The notes below the pieces were generated by a model. The model saw only the letters and a list, made by a program, of their open reading frames with translations, was not told where the DNA came from and did no database searches. Below are positions 51,886-64,000 of a stretch of DNA of 64,000 nucleotides, in pieces. The stretch comes from Torpedo marmorata (taxonomy: Eukaryota), in the NCBI GenBank assembly GCA_977017645.1, contig OZ360229.1, forward strand, positions 47,926,001-47,990,000. Reading direction: 5' to 3'. A program made the position numbers and the translations under genes. Each line of letters starts with the position of its first letter. Positions within the stretch are counted from its first letter, which is position 1.

Positions 51886-52367
51886 CAGTAAATCCCCTGT
51901 TATCTTGAATTCAAGCAATCGGCAAAAAAAGAGGAAAATAAATTTTAAAAATAGATAAATAAATAAATAAAAAGTTAGAATGAATAAGAATAAATAACAA
52001 ATTAAATAAAAGTTTAAAATTGTAAAAGTAAATGCTCTCTGAATTAACACATAAATCTTTGGTGAAGATGGTAGCAAATATTCAGCTGTTTGAATAAAGT
52101 TGTGTTTGAATAATATGGCGTCTCCCAGGATGAAGAGCTGGTTGATGCCGCTCACCGTTGGGCTGACTCTCTTGAAGTGTCTCCTTATCCCTACTTAGTA
52201 AGAGTCTTTATCTTTATTAGTATATTATTTTTTTTGTCTTTTAAACTGTTTATTCTAATGCAGGTGTATTAGTTAGGCATTGTAAGAGTAAGTCTTAAGC
52301 AACTGTAAAATACACTTATACAGCATCTACCAATCCCCGTAGGTGCTAGACACCAGTGGTTTTACTG
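51886..52367. mobile_element. pogo/Tigger-type non-autonomous DNA transposon carrying an ALG8 exon-1 copy
   Basis: Imperfect TIRs CAGTAAATCCCCTGTTATC and (reverse complement) CAGTAAAACCACTGGTGTC, 15/19 match; TA at the right flank, GA at the left. Confidence 0.75.
52115..52197 (+). pseudogene. ALG8: Isolated copy of ALG8 (alpha-1,3-glucosyltransferase) first coding exon
   Basis: Encodes [27 protein letters not shown](Y), versus recalled human ALG8 ...[20 protein letters not shown]. Ends TA|GTAAGA, a phase-2 donor in the Tyr codon as in vertebrate ALG8 exon 1. Next exon (HSTDFEVHRNW) not seen in the remaining 11.8 kb. Confidence 0.85.
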
Positions 52368-53448
52368 TACAAGCAAATAATCTGTACCCCACCATCCCCA
52401 CCCACTTTCCACAACTATGAATGAACATGGAGGACTCAGGAAATATACCTCAACCAAACTTGCCCATGACAAGGTTCAGAAAAAAAAATTGGGAATCCAG
52501 AGATTAACTCAGAGTTGATTATTTAATGAAACCAATAGATTAGAGGGTGAATTAACTTAAATTCACCAAGAATTTACCTCACTTTTACCCATTCCAAATC
52601 TCCCAAATTGGAATTAAATCATTAAGAAGTCCATTTTGCCATGAGACTCTCATGAAGATGTAAAAAAAACTGCTCATGTTGACATCATAATTTGCACCCT
52701 GAAATATAAATCAGTCATATTTTCATGTAGTAACTTCAGGAAAACAATTGTTTATTCTTTTTCATAAACATACAGGCTCATTAGGTTTCTGGCAGATTCT
52801 GATCCACTTTTGACTTTACATTATTGGGTTATGAAAGGTGTAATAAATTCAACCCTGAATATTTAATTAAATCCTGGGGAGAGGAAAACAGGATGCAGGT
52901 CGAAAGTAGAGAGGCAGATAGAACAGATACTTTGTCACACAAATTAAAACAATAATCATGGAATCAAATAAATAAGTTGCAATAAGAAACAAGCAATACA
53001 CAGGGTGGAGATATCAGGAAGGGCTGCGTGGATTCCCCCAGTCACAAGTAGTTTGTGTCTGTGTGGTCTTTGTACTTAGCAGCTTCAATCTGAGAAAAAT
53101 AAAATCGATCCCATGGCCTATTAAGCTAATAACCAACAATTTTAATTGCAGCTAGCAGGAAATATTACCAAAGCTAATTGTCCAATACCAGAAAACACAA
53201 CTGAACAAGGATCCCCTCATTACAGGTCATAATTCCAGCAGTTTAATTGGAGTCTTCCTCCAGGGAAGTCCCTCAGGATGATTTACTTTCACTCGGCATC
53301 TCTGGATTCTGAGGTGATTATGGATAGTGCAGATTCTTCTGTAGATGGAGCAGGAGGTAAATGGTAGGTCAAGCAAAGAGCTTTCTGAAGAGATGCAATC
53401 CACGCATCATTTATCCAGGCATCTGTATGCTCCCGGGATATGAACTCA

Positions 53449-53816
53449 AGGCCTTGCAGGGGGGAGAACCCCCAAGCCTTGCAGGGGGAAAGCCTTGCAG
53501 GGGGGGAGAACCCCCAAGCCTTTCAGTGGGGGAGAGAATCCCCAATCCTTTCAGGGGGGGGAGAGAACCCCCAAACCTTTCAAGGGGGGTGGGGGGAGAG
53601 AACCCCCAAGCCTTGCAGGGAGGGGGGAGAACACCCAAGCCTTGCGGTGGGGGGGGAGAACCCCCAAGCCTTGCGGGGAGAGAACCCCCAAGCCTTTCAG
53701 GGAGGGGGGAGAACACCCAAGCCTTGCTGTGGGGGGGAGGGAGAACCCCCAAGCCTTGCGGGGAGAGAACCCCCAAGCCTTTCAGGGAGAGAACCCCCAA
53801 GCCTTGCAGGGGAGAA
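53449..53816. repeat. G/C-run minisatellite, ~14 units of roughly 17-35 bp
   Basis: Core GGGAGAGAACCCCCAAGCCTT(G/T)C(A/G)G with variable G runs. Confidence 0.95.
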
Positions 53817-55711
53817 CTCAATGAAATCTCAACAGGAGTCACTGAAACCTCAAGAGGCAACAAATCAATGAGTTTAATATGATAAATAATTTAAAAAGTA
53901 CCAACAGCTTCTTTACGTGTCCTGCATATAAAGAAAGGACACTGTTTTTCGGGTGGATCATGCCATTTGGGTCCTCGGCCAGGAACCACTACCCACAGAC
54001 CTTGGGATGAATGAGGATAAACTGCTACATTGCCTCTGGAGTCAGAGTCATGCAGCAAGGAACAGGCATTTCAGCACAACTCGTTGACCAATCAGCAACG
54101 TGGCTGGGTCGTGACAGGACTAAAAGTGCTCCAGTAATTAGGTCCATTCCCAGAAGCATTCCTGACAGACTCTGACGATCGCACAAGTCATCACTGATTT
54201 TTCGAAGTTTTTTAAATGACATTCCAGGTCCATTTAAAAACAAAAGTGAACTGAATAATTAAAAATAGTATGGAATTTAAATATCCTTAAAACCCAAATT
54301 AACATCGAGCTAAATTAAATTTTGCAAAGCAACTTGCATCCCTCTTTTCTTGCAATACATCTGACCTGCAGTTAGCATGAATTAGTGAGGCAATTCTTTG
54401 GGTCAGGTCAGACTTGCCATAGGAGATGAACGTCAACTCTCCAGTGTAATATTGGAGAAATCCAGAAGGATTAGGCCCTGCTAATCATCTCCATGGAGAG
54501 AGTGAACTGGTAGCTTGAGGTAAACAAGCTGGCCACTACTTTCCCAATAAGAATTAGAGGGCGATGAATGAGGACTTTGCGAGTGATGCCCACTTCTCAT
54601 AATGAAAGAAAAGTTGGATGTGACGTCTAGGTTCAATTCTGGCTTCAAACAATCAGTCCCAGAGGTGAACTGCCTGACAATTTCAATGGAAATACATATT
54701 CATACTTCATTCTCACAGCTATTTTGAGACTTTGGCTACTTCAGTTACGAGGAAATTCCTTTGTGGCAGTGCGCTGTCCAATATATCTGCAAGAACAAGC
54801 CATTTATCTTCACTGCTTAAATAATCAGCACCATTTCATTTCAAATCATTCATTATTGGCAGTGCCGAGTTCCAGACACAAATGTGCTGGAGAAACTCAG
54901 CAGATCATGCAGCATCCATAGAAAGTTGAAAGTAACCAACATTTCAGGCCTGAGCTCTGCTGGCCTTCTCCAGAACTTTTGTGTTCTGCACTCGAACCCA
55001 GTACAGAGTTCCAATCTGACACAGGACAAGATTGTACTGAATGCTCAATATTTGGTGTTCATCTAATTGGTCCTGGTAAAATGAGCAGGAACAGGAAAGC
55101 AGCAACGACATTGCAGCTACCCTCATAGCAGGCAGCAGTTAACAGCAACATAAAGTGGAAATTAACCCAATTTTTTGAAAGCAATCATCCCAATTTTGCA
55201 TTTTATTGTTGGAGTCATCTAAATGGGCATTAACAAGAAATGGAACACTAGTTCAGCACACCAAGTAACGGTGAACTCCATTTTCGAGGCACGAGACTCA
55301 GCAAGCACAGAAAAACAAGAATTGCAGGCATCTCAAAATTTAGTAAATTATTGCAAATCAGATTGTATTTGTTAAAAACAAATCATGTTGAAAATTAGGG
55401 AATTTTTAAAACTAAGCTTATACTGTACTCAACTTCCAAATGTGGCAGATCATGGTGATTACAATTTAATAATCAAACTGAAAGGGTAGTGCATGATAAA
55501 ACATTAATCTTCAGTTTACAGCTAATTTTAAATGACAGCTTCTTCAAGGCATAGTCTATAATTCAGTAACTGATTAGAAAAAGATGTAATGCACAGAACA
55601 TGTACCAGTCTCAATGGTATAAACCGTCAATCTGATCTGTAAAACCAAACATGAAAATATTCATGGCAAAAGACTATGTCTTTACACCCAAAAGAACTTG
55701 GACAGGTAATG

Positions 55712-56630
55712 TCAGAATCCGAATTTATTGTCATGAACAAGTCATGAAATTTGGCGTTTTTGCGGCAGCATCATAGTGCAAACATTTATATTATAAACAT
55801 CTTACAACATTACTATAAAAAATATATATAAATAATAGTGCACGAAAAGTAAGGCAGTGTCTTTGGTTCATTGATGATTCAGGAATCTGATGGCAGCGGG
55901 GAAGAAGCTGTCCTTGTGCCGCTGAGTGCTCGTCTTTAGGCTCCTGTACCTTTTTCCCGATGGTAGCAGGGTGGGTGGTGGGGATCTTTGAGGATGGAGG
56001 CTGCTTTTTAACTCGATGGAGTGAAGTCTGGTGCCTGTGATGTCACAGGCCAAGTTAACAACCCTCTGGAGTTTATTCTTGTCCTGAGAGTTGGTGCCTC
56101 CATACCAGGCAGTGATGCAACCAGCCAGAATGCTCTACATGGTACACCTGTAGAAGTTTTCGAGAGTCTTCGATGACATACCGAATCTCCTCAGACACCT
56201 CACAAAGTATAGCTTCTGGCGAGCCTTCTTTGTGATTGCATCAACATGGAGGCTCCAGGACAGATCATCGGAGATGTTGACACCCAGGAATTTGAAGTTA
56301 TTGACCCTCTCCACGACTAAATCCTCGATGAGGGCTGAGTGGTGTTCCCCTGACTTCCTCCTGAAGTCCACAATCATCTACTTGGTTTTGCTAATGTTGA
56401 GCGCAAGGTTGTTGTCATTACACCATTCAACCAGCTGATCTATCTCCCTCCTGTTTGCTTCCTCATTGCCGTTTGTGATTCTGCCGACAACTGTGGTGTC
56501 ATCGGCAAACTTGTAGATGACATTGGAATTGTGCCTGGCCACACAGTCATCGGTGTATAATGAGTAGAGCAGTGGGCTAAGCACGCATCCTTGGTGGTGC
56601 GCCTGTGTTGATAATCAGTGAGGAGGAGAC
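55712..56630 (-). mobile_element. Rex1/Babar LINE ((TCTGAT)n family)
   Basis: [12 protein letters not shown]; homologous to 10459-11380. Confidence 0.92.
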
Positions 56631-57869
56631 ATAGAAGGATTATTCCAAAACTAGTGGGATAAATGAACATACTGGCCTGTGCTTTTCTATCAAAGAGAAG
56701 ATTGAGAAATTACATTACGAGGGCCCCCAGAACAATGAAGGGGTAGACCGAGAAAACCTGCAAGCCATAAATAGAATTGAGATCTGCAAAGAGATGTAGA
56801 GAAACACTGAAATAATGTAGAACAACAGGCTGTTCAGGATGTTCCCAGGAACACACAACTGAGGCAAATATCAAATGCTGCTGGAGAACCACCAACTCTG
56901 TTTAAGTTGCCTTCTAGTCCATCAAAACTCAATTGGTGTCAACAGCATGTGTTAGAAACCAACAGGTTCAAAGATCCAGGACCACAAGTTGAAGGACATG
57001 CTGAGTACAGCCACTTAATACTCTCAGCGAGGAAGTGAGACTGTTTAAGGGCTGCTCCAACTCAACATTAAGTGGTTGGAATCTGTTAAAAACCTATGTT
57101 CAGGTGTGGTGCATAAATGATAACTGATGTTGCACTCGCATTATGTAATTGGAATAATATGACTGAAACAAACAAAATTATGATGGCATTTGACAGGGAC
57201 GATGAATTCTCCCAGCCCAGGTCTCTAGATTTAGGGTTCAGAATCTCAAAATAAGAGTTTGGTTTGAAGGACAGAAATAAAAATAAATGTCTTTACCCAA
57301 AACACTGAAGATCTGTGGAATTCTCTATCCAAAAAGACTGTGGAAGCTTAGTCACTGACTATTTTTTAAATGAGAGTTCACAGATTTGTGGATATCAAGG
57401 ACGTGGGAAAGATTAGTACAGAGAAGTGGGGCAAAAATAAAGAAATCAAATGGGCGACTTTATCTCCCTGTACTCTTCGATAAAACAATCCAACCACTCT
57501 TCTGAAAAGTTACTTATCTATAATCATCACTTAATAAGATCTCTAGCAAAAATATTTTTCATACTTCCAGCCAATTTTCACCACAAGTTGTGGAGCAGTT
57601 ACTAGTTGCCACTTGTAACGCCTGCATCTATTACTCTCTTTTCCTATTCATTTTGATACATCATTGCAAGTTCCCATTATGTCTCTAAAATCAACTCTTG
57701 AATAAAGAGTCAGTTCTGATCATGAAAAATCTGAATACATTACAGTACTAATACATCTCCTCAGGCAATGAAATTTTGATGAAGTTTTAAAACTACAACC
57801 AGATGCATCTTAACAGACATCATATTCTTTCTCGCAGAAAATTCAAAGATTAACCACAGTAACCACAAT

Positions 57870-58290
57870 AATAACAGAAAATGCTAGAAGTATACTAAGC
57901 CGGTCAGGCAGCATCTGTGGAAAGAAAAACAGTTAACATTTCAAATCCAACACCTTTCGTCAGAACTGGGAAAGAGAGAAAACTTGAATTTTAAGTTGCA
58001 GAGGCAAAAGATGGATGGATTGTAAAGGAGAATATCTCTGATAGAGGGAGACCACATGGGCTAACATGACAGAAGCAGATGATACTACTTTGTTTATGGT
58101 ACGTGTGACAAGTGGGAAAGAGCTGGGGTGGAGGTGTGACAGGTGCAGCTGCACTAACAGAGAGAGAAACATCACTAACATAGGAAAACCGGTTCTCATT
58201 CATCACTGTATTAAAGTAACCAAAGATTGTTCGAAGAACTATTTCTGCCCAAGAATTCATTCTCACCCGTTGAGTTCCTCCAGCAATTCT
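57870..58290. mobile_element. Penelope-derived short element
   Basis: GGTCAGGCAGCATCTGTGGA arm and TTGAGTTCCTCCAGCA arm; minus-strand CTGACGA...GAAA core at 57939-57963. Confidence 0.6.
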
Positions 58291-58594
58291 TCGCGCCATA
58301 TTCAGGCTTTTATGATTTTCGATTGTTCCAATAATGTCTGCTCAGGTTCTGCTTGTTTTAATGATTCTTCAGGAGCAGTCTTGGTGCAAATTCAGCAGAT
58401 ATTTACTGGAGAGTTAGGAAGTCTTCGTGCAGTAGAGCTATGCATCTTGTCTAAGGTATGCACAGGAGCCATGATGCTCAGCAATGGAAGGAGTGAGTAT
58501 TCGAGAACAATTTCCCACAGCTGTTTAGAGTCATGGGCGGTCATGCGTGTCACACCACCTGGCGTCCAGGGGGTGAGCTCCATTTGAAGGAGAA

Positions 58595-59930
58595 GGACTT
58601 CCTCGAGTCAGCGGATGGGGCGGTGTTCAAGGACTCAGCTGAGAATCTGAACGATTACACCAGTGCTGTCCTGATCATCCCATCATGTTCGTATCTGAGG
58701 ATGACGTGCGTGCTGCCTTCAGGAGAGTGAAACCGAGGAAAGCATCAGACCGGATGGAGTACCTGGCTGAGTATTAAATATCTGTGCTGACCAACTTACC
58801 AATGTATTCACGGATATCTTCAATGTCTCACTCCAGCAGGGCGTGGTACTCATCTGTTTCAAACAGGCATCAATCATACCAGAGCCAAAGAAGAGTGTAG
58901 TAACCTGCCTTAATGACTATCGACCAGTAGCACTTACATAAACAGTGATGAAGTGTTTTGAAAGGCTGGTGTTGAAGCATATTAGCTCCTGCCTGAGCAG
59001 TGACATAGATACATTCCAGCTCGCCTATCGTAGTAACAGGTCTGAGTCAGCATACAGGAGGGAGATTGAAAACTTAGCTGAATGGTGCACCAACAACAAT
59101 CTTGCACTCAATGTCACCAAAATTAAGGAGCTGATTGATGACTTCAGAAAGGGTAAGCCAGAGGTACACAATCCAGTGATCATTGGGGGATCAAAGGTGG
59201 AGAGGGTGAGCAAATTTAAGTTCTTGGAAGTCACAATATCAGAGGATATTTCCTGGACCCAACACACTAATGGCATCATGAAGAAAGCACGTCAGCTCCT
59301 CTACTTCCTCAGGAGTTTGCGGAGGTTTGGTATGACACCAGAAACCCTGGCTAATTTTTACAGATGTGTGGTGCAAAGTGTGCTGACCGGCTACATCACA
59401 GTCTGGTATGGGGACACCAATACCCCTGAGCGTAAAGCCCTCCAAAAGGTAGTGGACAAGGCCCAGGTCATCACAAGCAAAACCCTCCCCACTATCGAGA
59501 ACATCTACAGGGAACACTGCTGATGGAGAGCAGCAGCAATCATCAAGAATCCATACCACCCAACACACGCTCTGTTCTCGCTGCTGCCATCAGGAAAGAG
59601 GTATAGGTGCCACAAGGCTCACACCACTAGGTTCAGGAACAGCTTCTACCTCTCCACCATCAGTCTCCTGAACAACAAACTCAATCATTACCTCATTTTA
59701 GGACACTTACTTGTGCACTGTATTGATTTTAAAAAAAATTCTCTCTGTATTACACAGTTTGTTTGTTTACATTCGTTATCTGTTTACAGTTCTTTATATG
59801 TATATGCTGCGTACAGGTTTTTTGCACTACCAATAAGTGGAAATTCTGCCTCACCCGCAGGAAAAAGAACCTCAGGGTTGTATATGATGTCATGTATGTA
59901 CTCTGACAATAAATCTGAAATCTGAATCTG
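58595..59930 (+). mobile_element. Rex1/Babar LINE ((TCTGAAA)n family) with internal deletions
   Basis: [21 protein letters not shown]; RT core deleted near 59043; homologous to 44646-45365. Confidence 0.9.
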
Positions 59931-60098
59931 AAGCTTGTTGAGCACATTTGACAAAGTGAATAAATTAAATCACAGAAAATCTCAATCAGAAGGCAATGCA
60001 TATTCATGGTTCTTCCTGAGTTGTTAATATTTCAATAGGTGGAAAGAAATTCCCCTTGAAAAGGCCACAAGTAACCATGTGTTCGAGAAATATAATTA

Positions 60099-60630
60099 CC
60101 GTATACGTCGGCATATTAGGTGACTGAGCGTACAAGGCGACCCCCAGAATTTCCACTAAAAATGTAGGTTTTGAACTATATTCGCTGTATAAGACTACCC
60201 CAAGTCTGGCACTTACTGCTGAGAGTTCAGTGCCCCAATAGTCCTTTAACAACCAAGTTCATGTTTCCGATGTTGCTTAATAGATAACTGTTTTTTACGT
60301 TGTATTACGTAGCAATGGAAATTAGTAATTTTAATGTCAAGATCTGCTGGTAACTTCTGCAATATTTTAGTTTTCTGCCTTGGTACGAGACCATTTCTTT
60401 TCATAAAACGACTACACCATGAAGCAGTGGCTTTGAAGTCTTTGCTGTGCTCTTGGTTTTCTTTAGCCCACTCAAGAGCAAAAATGCATCTTTTATTTCT
60501 TGATACAATGTATTCATTTTGACGCAGCTCACAGCCCATGTCTGCTACGTGCTTCTCTAGAATCGGCCAGTGAACAGTGCCTCCTCTCATTGCACATAAG
60601 TGAACACTTGAGCCTTTCCAAGAAACGCGG
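60099..60630 (-). mobile_element. pogo-family (POGK-like) DNA transposon fragment with CENP-B-type HTH
   Basis: TA|CCGTATACGTCGG terminus; ORF 60246-60590 has WPILEKHV...FKATASWCSRFMKRNGL..RQKTKI.QKLPAD. Confidence 0.85.
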
Positions 60631-60811
60631 AGGGCGGCACGATTGGCGTAGCAGTTAGCGCAACACTGTTACCGCGCCAGCGATCAGGGCTCGGGTTCAA
60701 ATCCCGCGCTGTCTGTAAGGAGTTGGTACATTCTCCCCGTGTCTGCGTGGGTTTTCCCCGGGGTCTCCAGTTTCCTCCCACCATTCGAAACATACCGGGG
60801 GTTATAGGTTA

Positions 60812-62330
60812 CTGTATTTTTACACCTATAATACGCACGTTATATGCATTGTTTATTTATTTATTTATTTATTTATTTATTACAAACCGGGTAACCCACC
60901 GCGCGTTATATGTGAGTGCGCACTATACAATACATTTTTTTACACGTTGAATATAAAATTGAACTTATTTGAGCAGCAACTGGTTCTAAATAAATATTTA
61001 TTTTTAATCACTTGAATTGAAAAAAAATTTGTAATAATTGATTTTATTTAAAAAAGACAGGCATGGGAAAATGGTAACCAGGATAACACATACACATGCG
61101 CACAGTTTATAGCGAGCGTGGGAAAGTCGCACCGGCAATAAATAACGCGCACAATTTATAGCGAGCGTGGGAAAGTAATAGTGACAATGAAACACACGTG
61201 TACAATTTACAGACGATCATGGGAAAATCACAGCAGGGATGAAACACACGCACACACAATGAACTGGGTACATACAAAATGGCAAAATTCAAAATTTTGA
61301 TCTTGGCAGTCTCGGGAATATCTCTTTGGCCTGAGTGCGATGGTATTCCGAGAAACAGGATATTCTGGCGAGTGCACTGCATCTTATCAATGTTAATTGC
61401 CCAGACCCGTCCCCTGAGGGAGGAGATTAACATATCAGAATCAATTGTCATGAACAAGTCATGAAATTCGGTGTTTTGCAGCTGCATCATAGTGCAAACA
61501 TTCATATTATTACCATCTTACGAATTACTAAAAGAAAATATAAATAATAGTGCACGAAAGTAAGGCAGTGCCTTTGGTTCATTGATTATTCAGGAATCAT
61601 ATGGCAGCGGGGTAGAAGCTGTCCTTGTGCCGTTGAGTGCTCGACTTTAGGCTCCTGTACCTTTTTCCCCAATGGTAGCAGAGTGAAGAGGGCATGGCCT
61701 GGGTGGTGGGGGGTCTTTGAGGACAGAGGCTGCTTTTTTAAGACACCTTCTCGTGTAGATGTCCTCGATGGAGTGAAGTCTGGTGCCTGTGATGTCACAG
61801 GCCGAGTTAACAACCCTCTGCAGTTTATTCTTGTCCTGAGAGTTGGCGGCTCCAAGTGCCTCTGAGACAATGGTCTCAGACGGACCTTGCAGGAGGAAAT
61901 ATTTAATGGATGATTGACACACCTGGTGGAAGTTGAATTGATTGTAAATCGCGGGAGATTAACTGTGGCAGATAGTGGGACTATGGAATGTGTATTGTCT
62001 CCTGTCCCAAGTAAATGCAAATTGATCTTGAGTTGGAATGGTGAGGAATCAAAAAGAAAGCATTGGCTAAATCCACAATTAGGCTAGATTGAATACAGGT
62101 GATATCTATACAGGCTGGTAACGTTATCTGTGCATGTATTGCTTTGTTTTTTAAAAAACTTTTATAGGACATATTATGAAGGTGCTGGACAGGACCGATT
62201 AATACTACACCCATGCGGTATATGCGTGTGCATGCTATACGAGAATATTTTTACATAGTTTAAGATTTTCCGCGCATTATATGCGTGTGCGCGTTATATG
62301 CACGTGCGCGTTATATAAGTGAAAATACGG
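60812..62330. mobile_element. Non-autonomous pogo/Tc1-type DNA transposon inserted in the SINE
   Basis: TIRs CTGTATTTT...AAAATACGG; TA duplication at 60810-60811 and 62331-62332; subterminal GCGTTATATG repeats. Confidence 0.88.
61433..61860 (-). mobile_element. Rex1 3' fragment ((TCTGAT)n family) nested in the DNA transposon
   Basis: Homologous to 10459-10890. Confidence 0.9.
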
Positions 62331-62414
62331 TAATTGGGTGTCATTGTCGGCACGGGCTCAATGGCCTGTTTCCGTGCTGCATGTCTAAATTTAAAAAAAA
62401 TAAATTTAAAAATA

Positions 62415-63428
62415 ATAATTTATTTTTAAAATCTCTTTATTAATTCCATAAAATCATGGATATAACAGTTCATTCAATATATACGTTTAGAAAGTAAAAG
62501 CAAAAAGCATTATCACATGTTCCATTAATCCATCCATAATAGAGTATACATTACAGATATATATCAATTTTTTTTCTTTACAATTTAGTATTATAATACC
62601 AATAGATATAAAAAGAACCAAGCCACAAAAAAAAGATAACATAGTAATTTCATTGTAATACATTTTTTTATAAAAGCTAAAGCACACTAAACTTGCCTAC
62701 CACCTACCCAGAAATGAAGGTTATAGGTAAATATTCATTAGTATCTATATTAGGAATGCCTTCACCCTTTAAATATTCTAAAATTTCTAATAACAAGATA
62801 GTTAAACATACGTTAAAAATATGGTTCCAATTAAGAAAAGCAAATAATTTCCTTAATTTTTTGCTTGATTGTACAATAACTTTCAATACCTTTTTTACCC
62901 CAGCTAGTGGTGATAGAGGGTTCCAGATTTGGCAAGATCACGGTATATGTTCATTAAAAAAACTTGTTTATAGATTCTAATTTTATTACTTTTGAACAGA
63001 TGGTTAATAAGTATAACTTATCTAGAAACAATTATTTTAGCTACTTTCAAGTTAGGAATTTTATAAATTCTTTGAGATTGGTGTTTCCTTTAGATTTAAA
63101 GCTAGCAATCATAGAAAAGGTTTTAACTATTACTCCTGATATACCAAAACCATTGTCAGTATTTCATAACCTTTTAAAAGAAAATGTGATACAGCATGTG
63201 GATAAAATAAAGGAGGCTTGGGAAAGAGATTTTTTAGAAGATTTTTCACCTTCAGTGTGGTCCATCCCTCTTCATTATGTGTAAGACATAATTTAATTCA
63301 AAGTAGTTCACAGAGCTCATTACTCAACATCTTTACTGGCTAAATTTTCATCAAATATATCATCTATGTGTGATAGATGTAATGTTCATGAAGGTACATT
63401 ATTTCACATGTTTCGGTTGTGCCCTAAG
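62415..63428. mobile_element. L1-clade element: minus-strand 3'UTR-like segment (~62415-62705) joined to a plus-strand ORF2 segment (~62705-63428)
   Basis: IVKHTLKIWFQ, YFQVRNF, WERDF, CDRC...HMF..C on plus; AT-rich tail-like segment on minus. Confidence 0.75.
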
Positions 63429-64000
63429 TTTTTTTAAAAAATTATTTTATTTAAATTTTTAAATCACAAAATACATAAATCAAAATATATAACTTTCAAA
63501 ATACATGTGATATATATTTCCTCCACCCATACCCACCCTCCCTTCCCAAACCCCCCCATCCCCACTATTCTAAAAAATAATAATAAAAAAAAAGTATAGT
63601 AAAAAAGAAAGAAGAAAAAGATAGATTAATAGTAAGGGGAGAACCATCTACAAACTAATTTTATCATGGAGGTTAAACTCGCCAGTAGACCTGATATCTA
63701 GAGATTTCAAATCCTTAAACCCATAACTCTCATATATGGGCTCCAAATTTTCAAAAAAGAATGATACTTATTACGTAAATTATAAGTAATCTTTTCCAGT
63801 GGAATACACGAACGGAGTTCTGCATGCCACCTATCTAAACTTAAATCTAAATCTGATTTCCAAGTAATAGCAATACATTTTTTTGAAACAGCTAAAGCAA
63901 TTCGTAAAAATTCTACCTGATACATATTCAATCTATTCCTAATACTAAATTTTCTAATATCTCCAAATAAAAATAACATAGGATCCATTGGAAACATAAC
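63429..64000 (-). mobile_element. L1-clade LINE 3' end, running off the window
   Basis: ORF 63707-63997 homologous to 49607-49936. Confidence 0.92.

Larger units (their letters stand above)
60632..62410 (+). mobile_element. V-SINE split into 60632-60811 and 62331-62410
   Basis: A box TGGCGTAGCAGTT, B box GGTTCAAATCCC; halves rejoin as AGGTTA|ATTGGGTG. Confidence 0.88.

Noticed and set aside
53361-53882. Four overlapping 109-173-aa ORFs with repeated peptides
   Set aside because: By-product of the stop-free minisatellite.
58066-58587. 173-aa ORF starting MTEADDTT
   Set aside because: Spans a Penelope-derived repeat and unique DNA; the ADDT resemblance to RT is coincidental and no other motifs are present.
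52115-64000. A functional ALG8 gene starting here
   Set aside because: Not called as CDS: the exon lies between TIRs, there is no CpG-rich promoter, and exon 2 was not found. A long first intron cannot be fully excluded from this window alone.

Overview
Repeat-dense vertebrate nuclear DNA, most likely from a cartilaginous fish (shark or ray). This is inferred from V-domain tRNA SINEs sharing a CR1-type tail, many Rex1/Babar and CR1 LINEs, L1-clade elements and Penelope-derived repeats. No complete host gene is recognisable, so the window reads as intergenic or deep intronic. Nearly all long ORFs are retrotransposon RT fragments or artefacts of repeats. Main observation: a 482-bp pogo/Tigger-type non-autonomous DNA transposon (51886-52367) encloses an intact copy of the first coding exon of ALG8, with start codon and phase-2 splice donor, which suggests gene-fragment capture (Pack-TIR-like). 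Other items: (1) a ~850-bp GC-rich non-coding element with YY1-like motifs and a Rex1-type tail, in four copies; (2) an LTR followed by a self-complementary rather than tRNA-like primer site; (3) hammerhead-like cores in Penelope-derived repeats; (4) a probable 5'-inverted (twin-primed) L1; (5) a Harbinger transposase fossil not evident from any single ORF in the track; (6) a multi-layer nest of elements at 60-64 kb. Family assignments come from recalled motifs, not database searches. Boundaries of old repeats are approximate.
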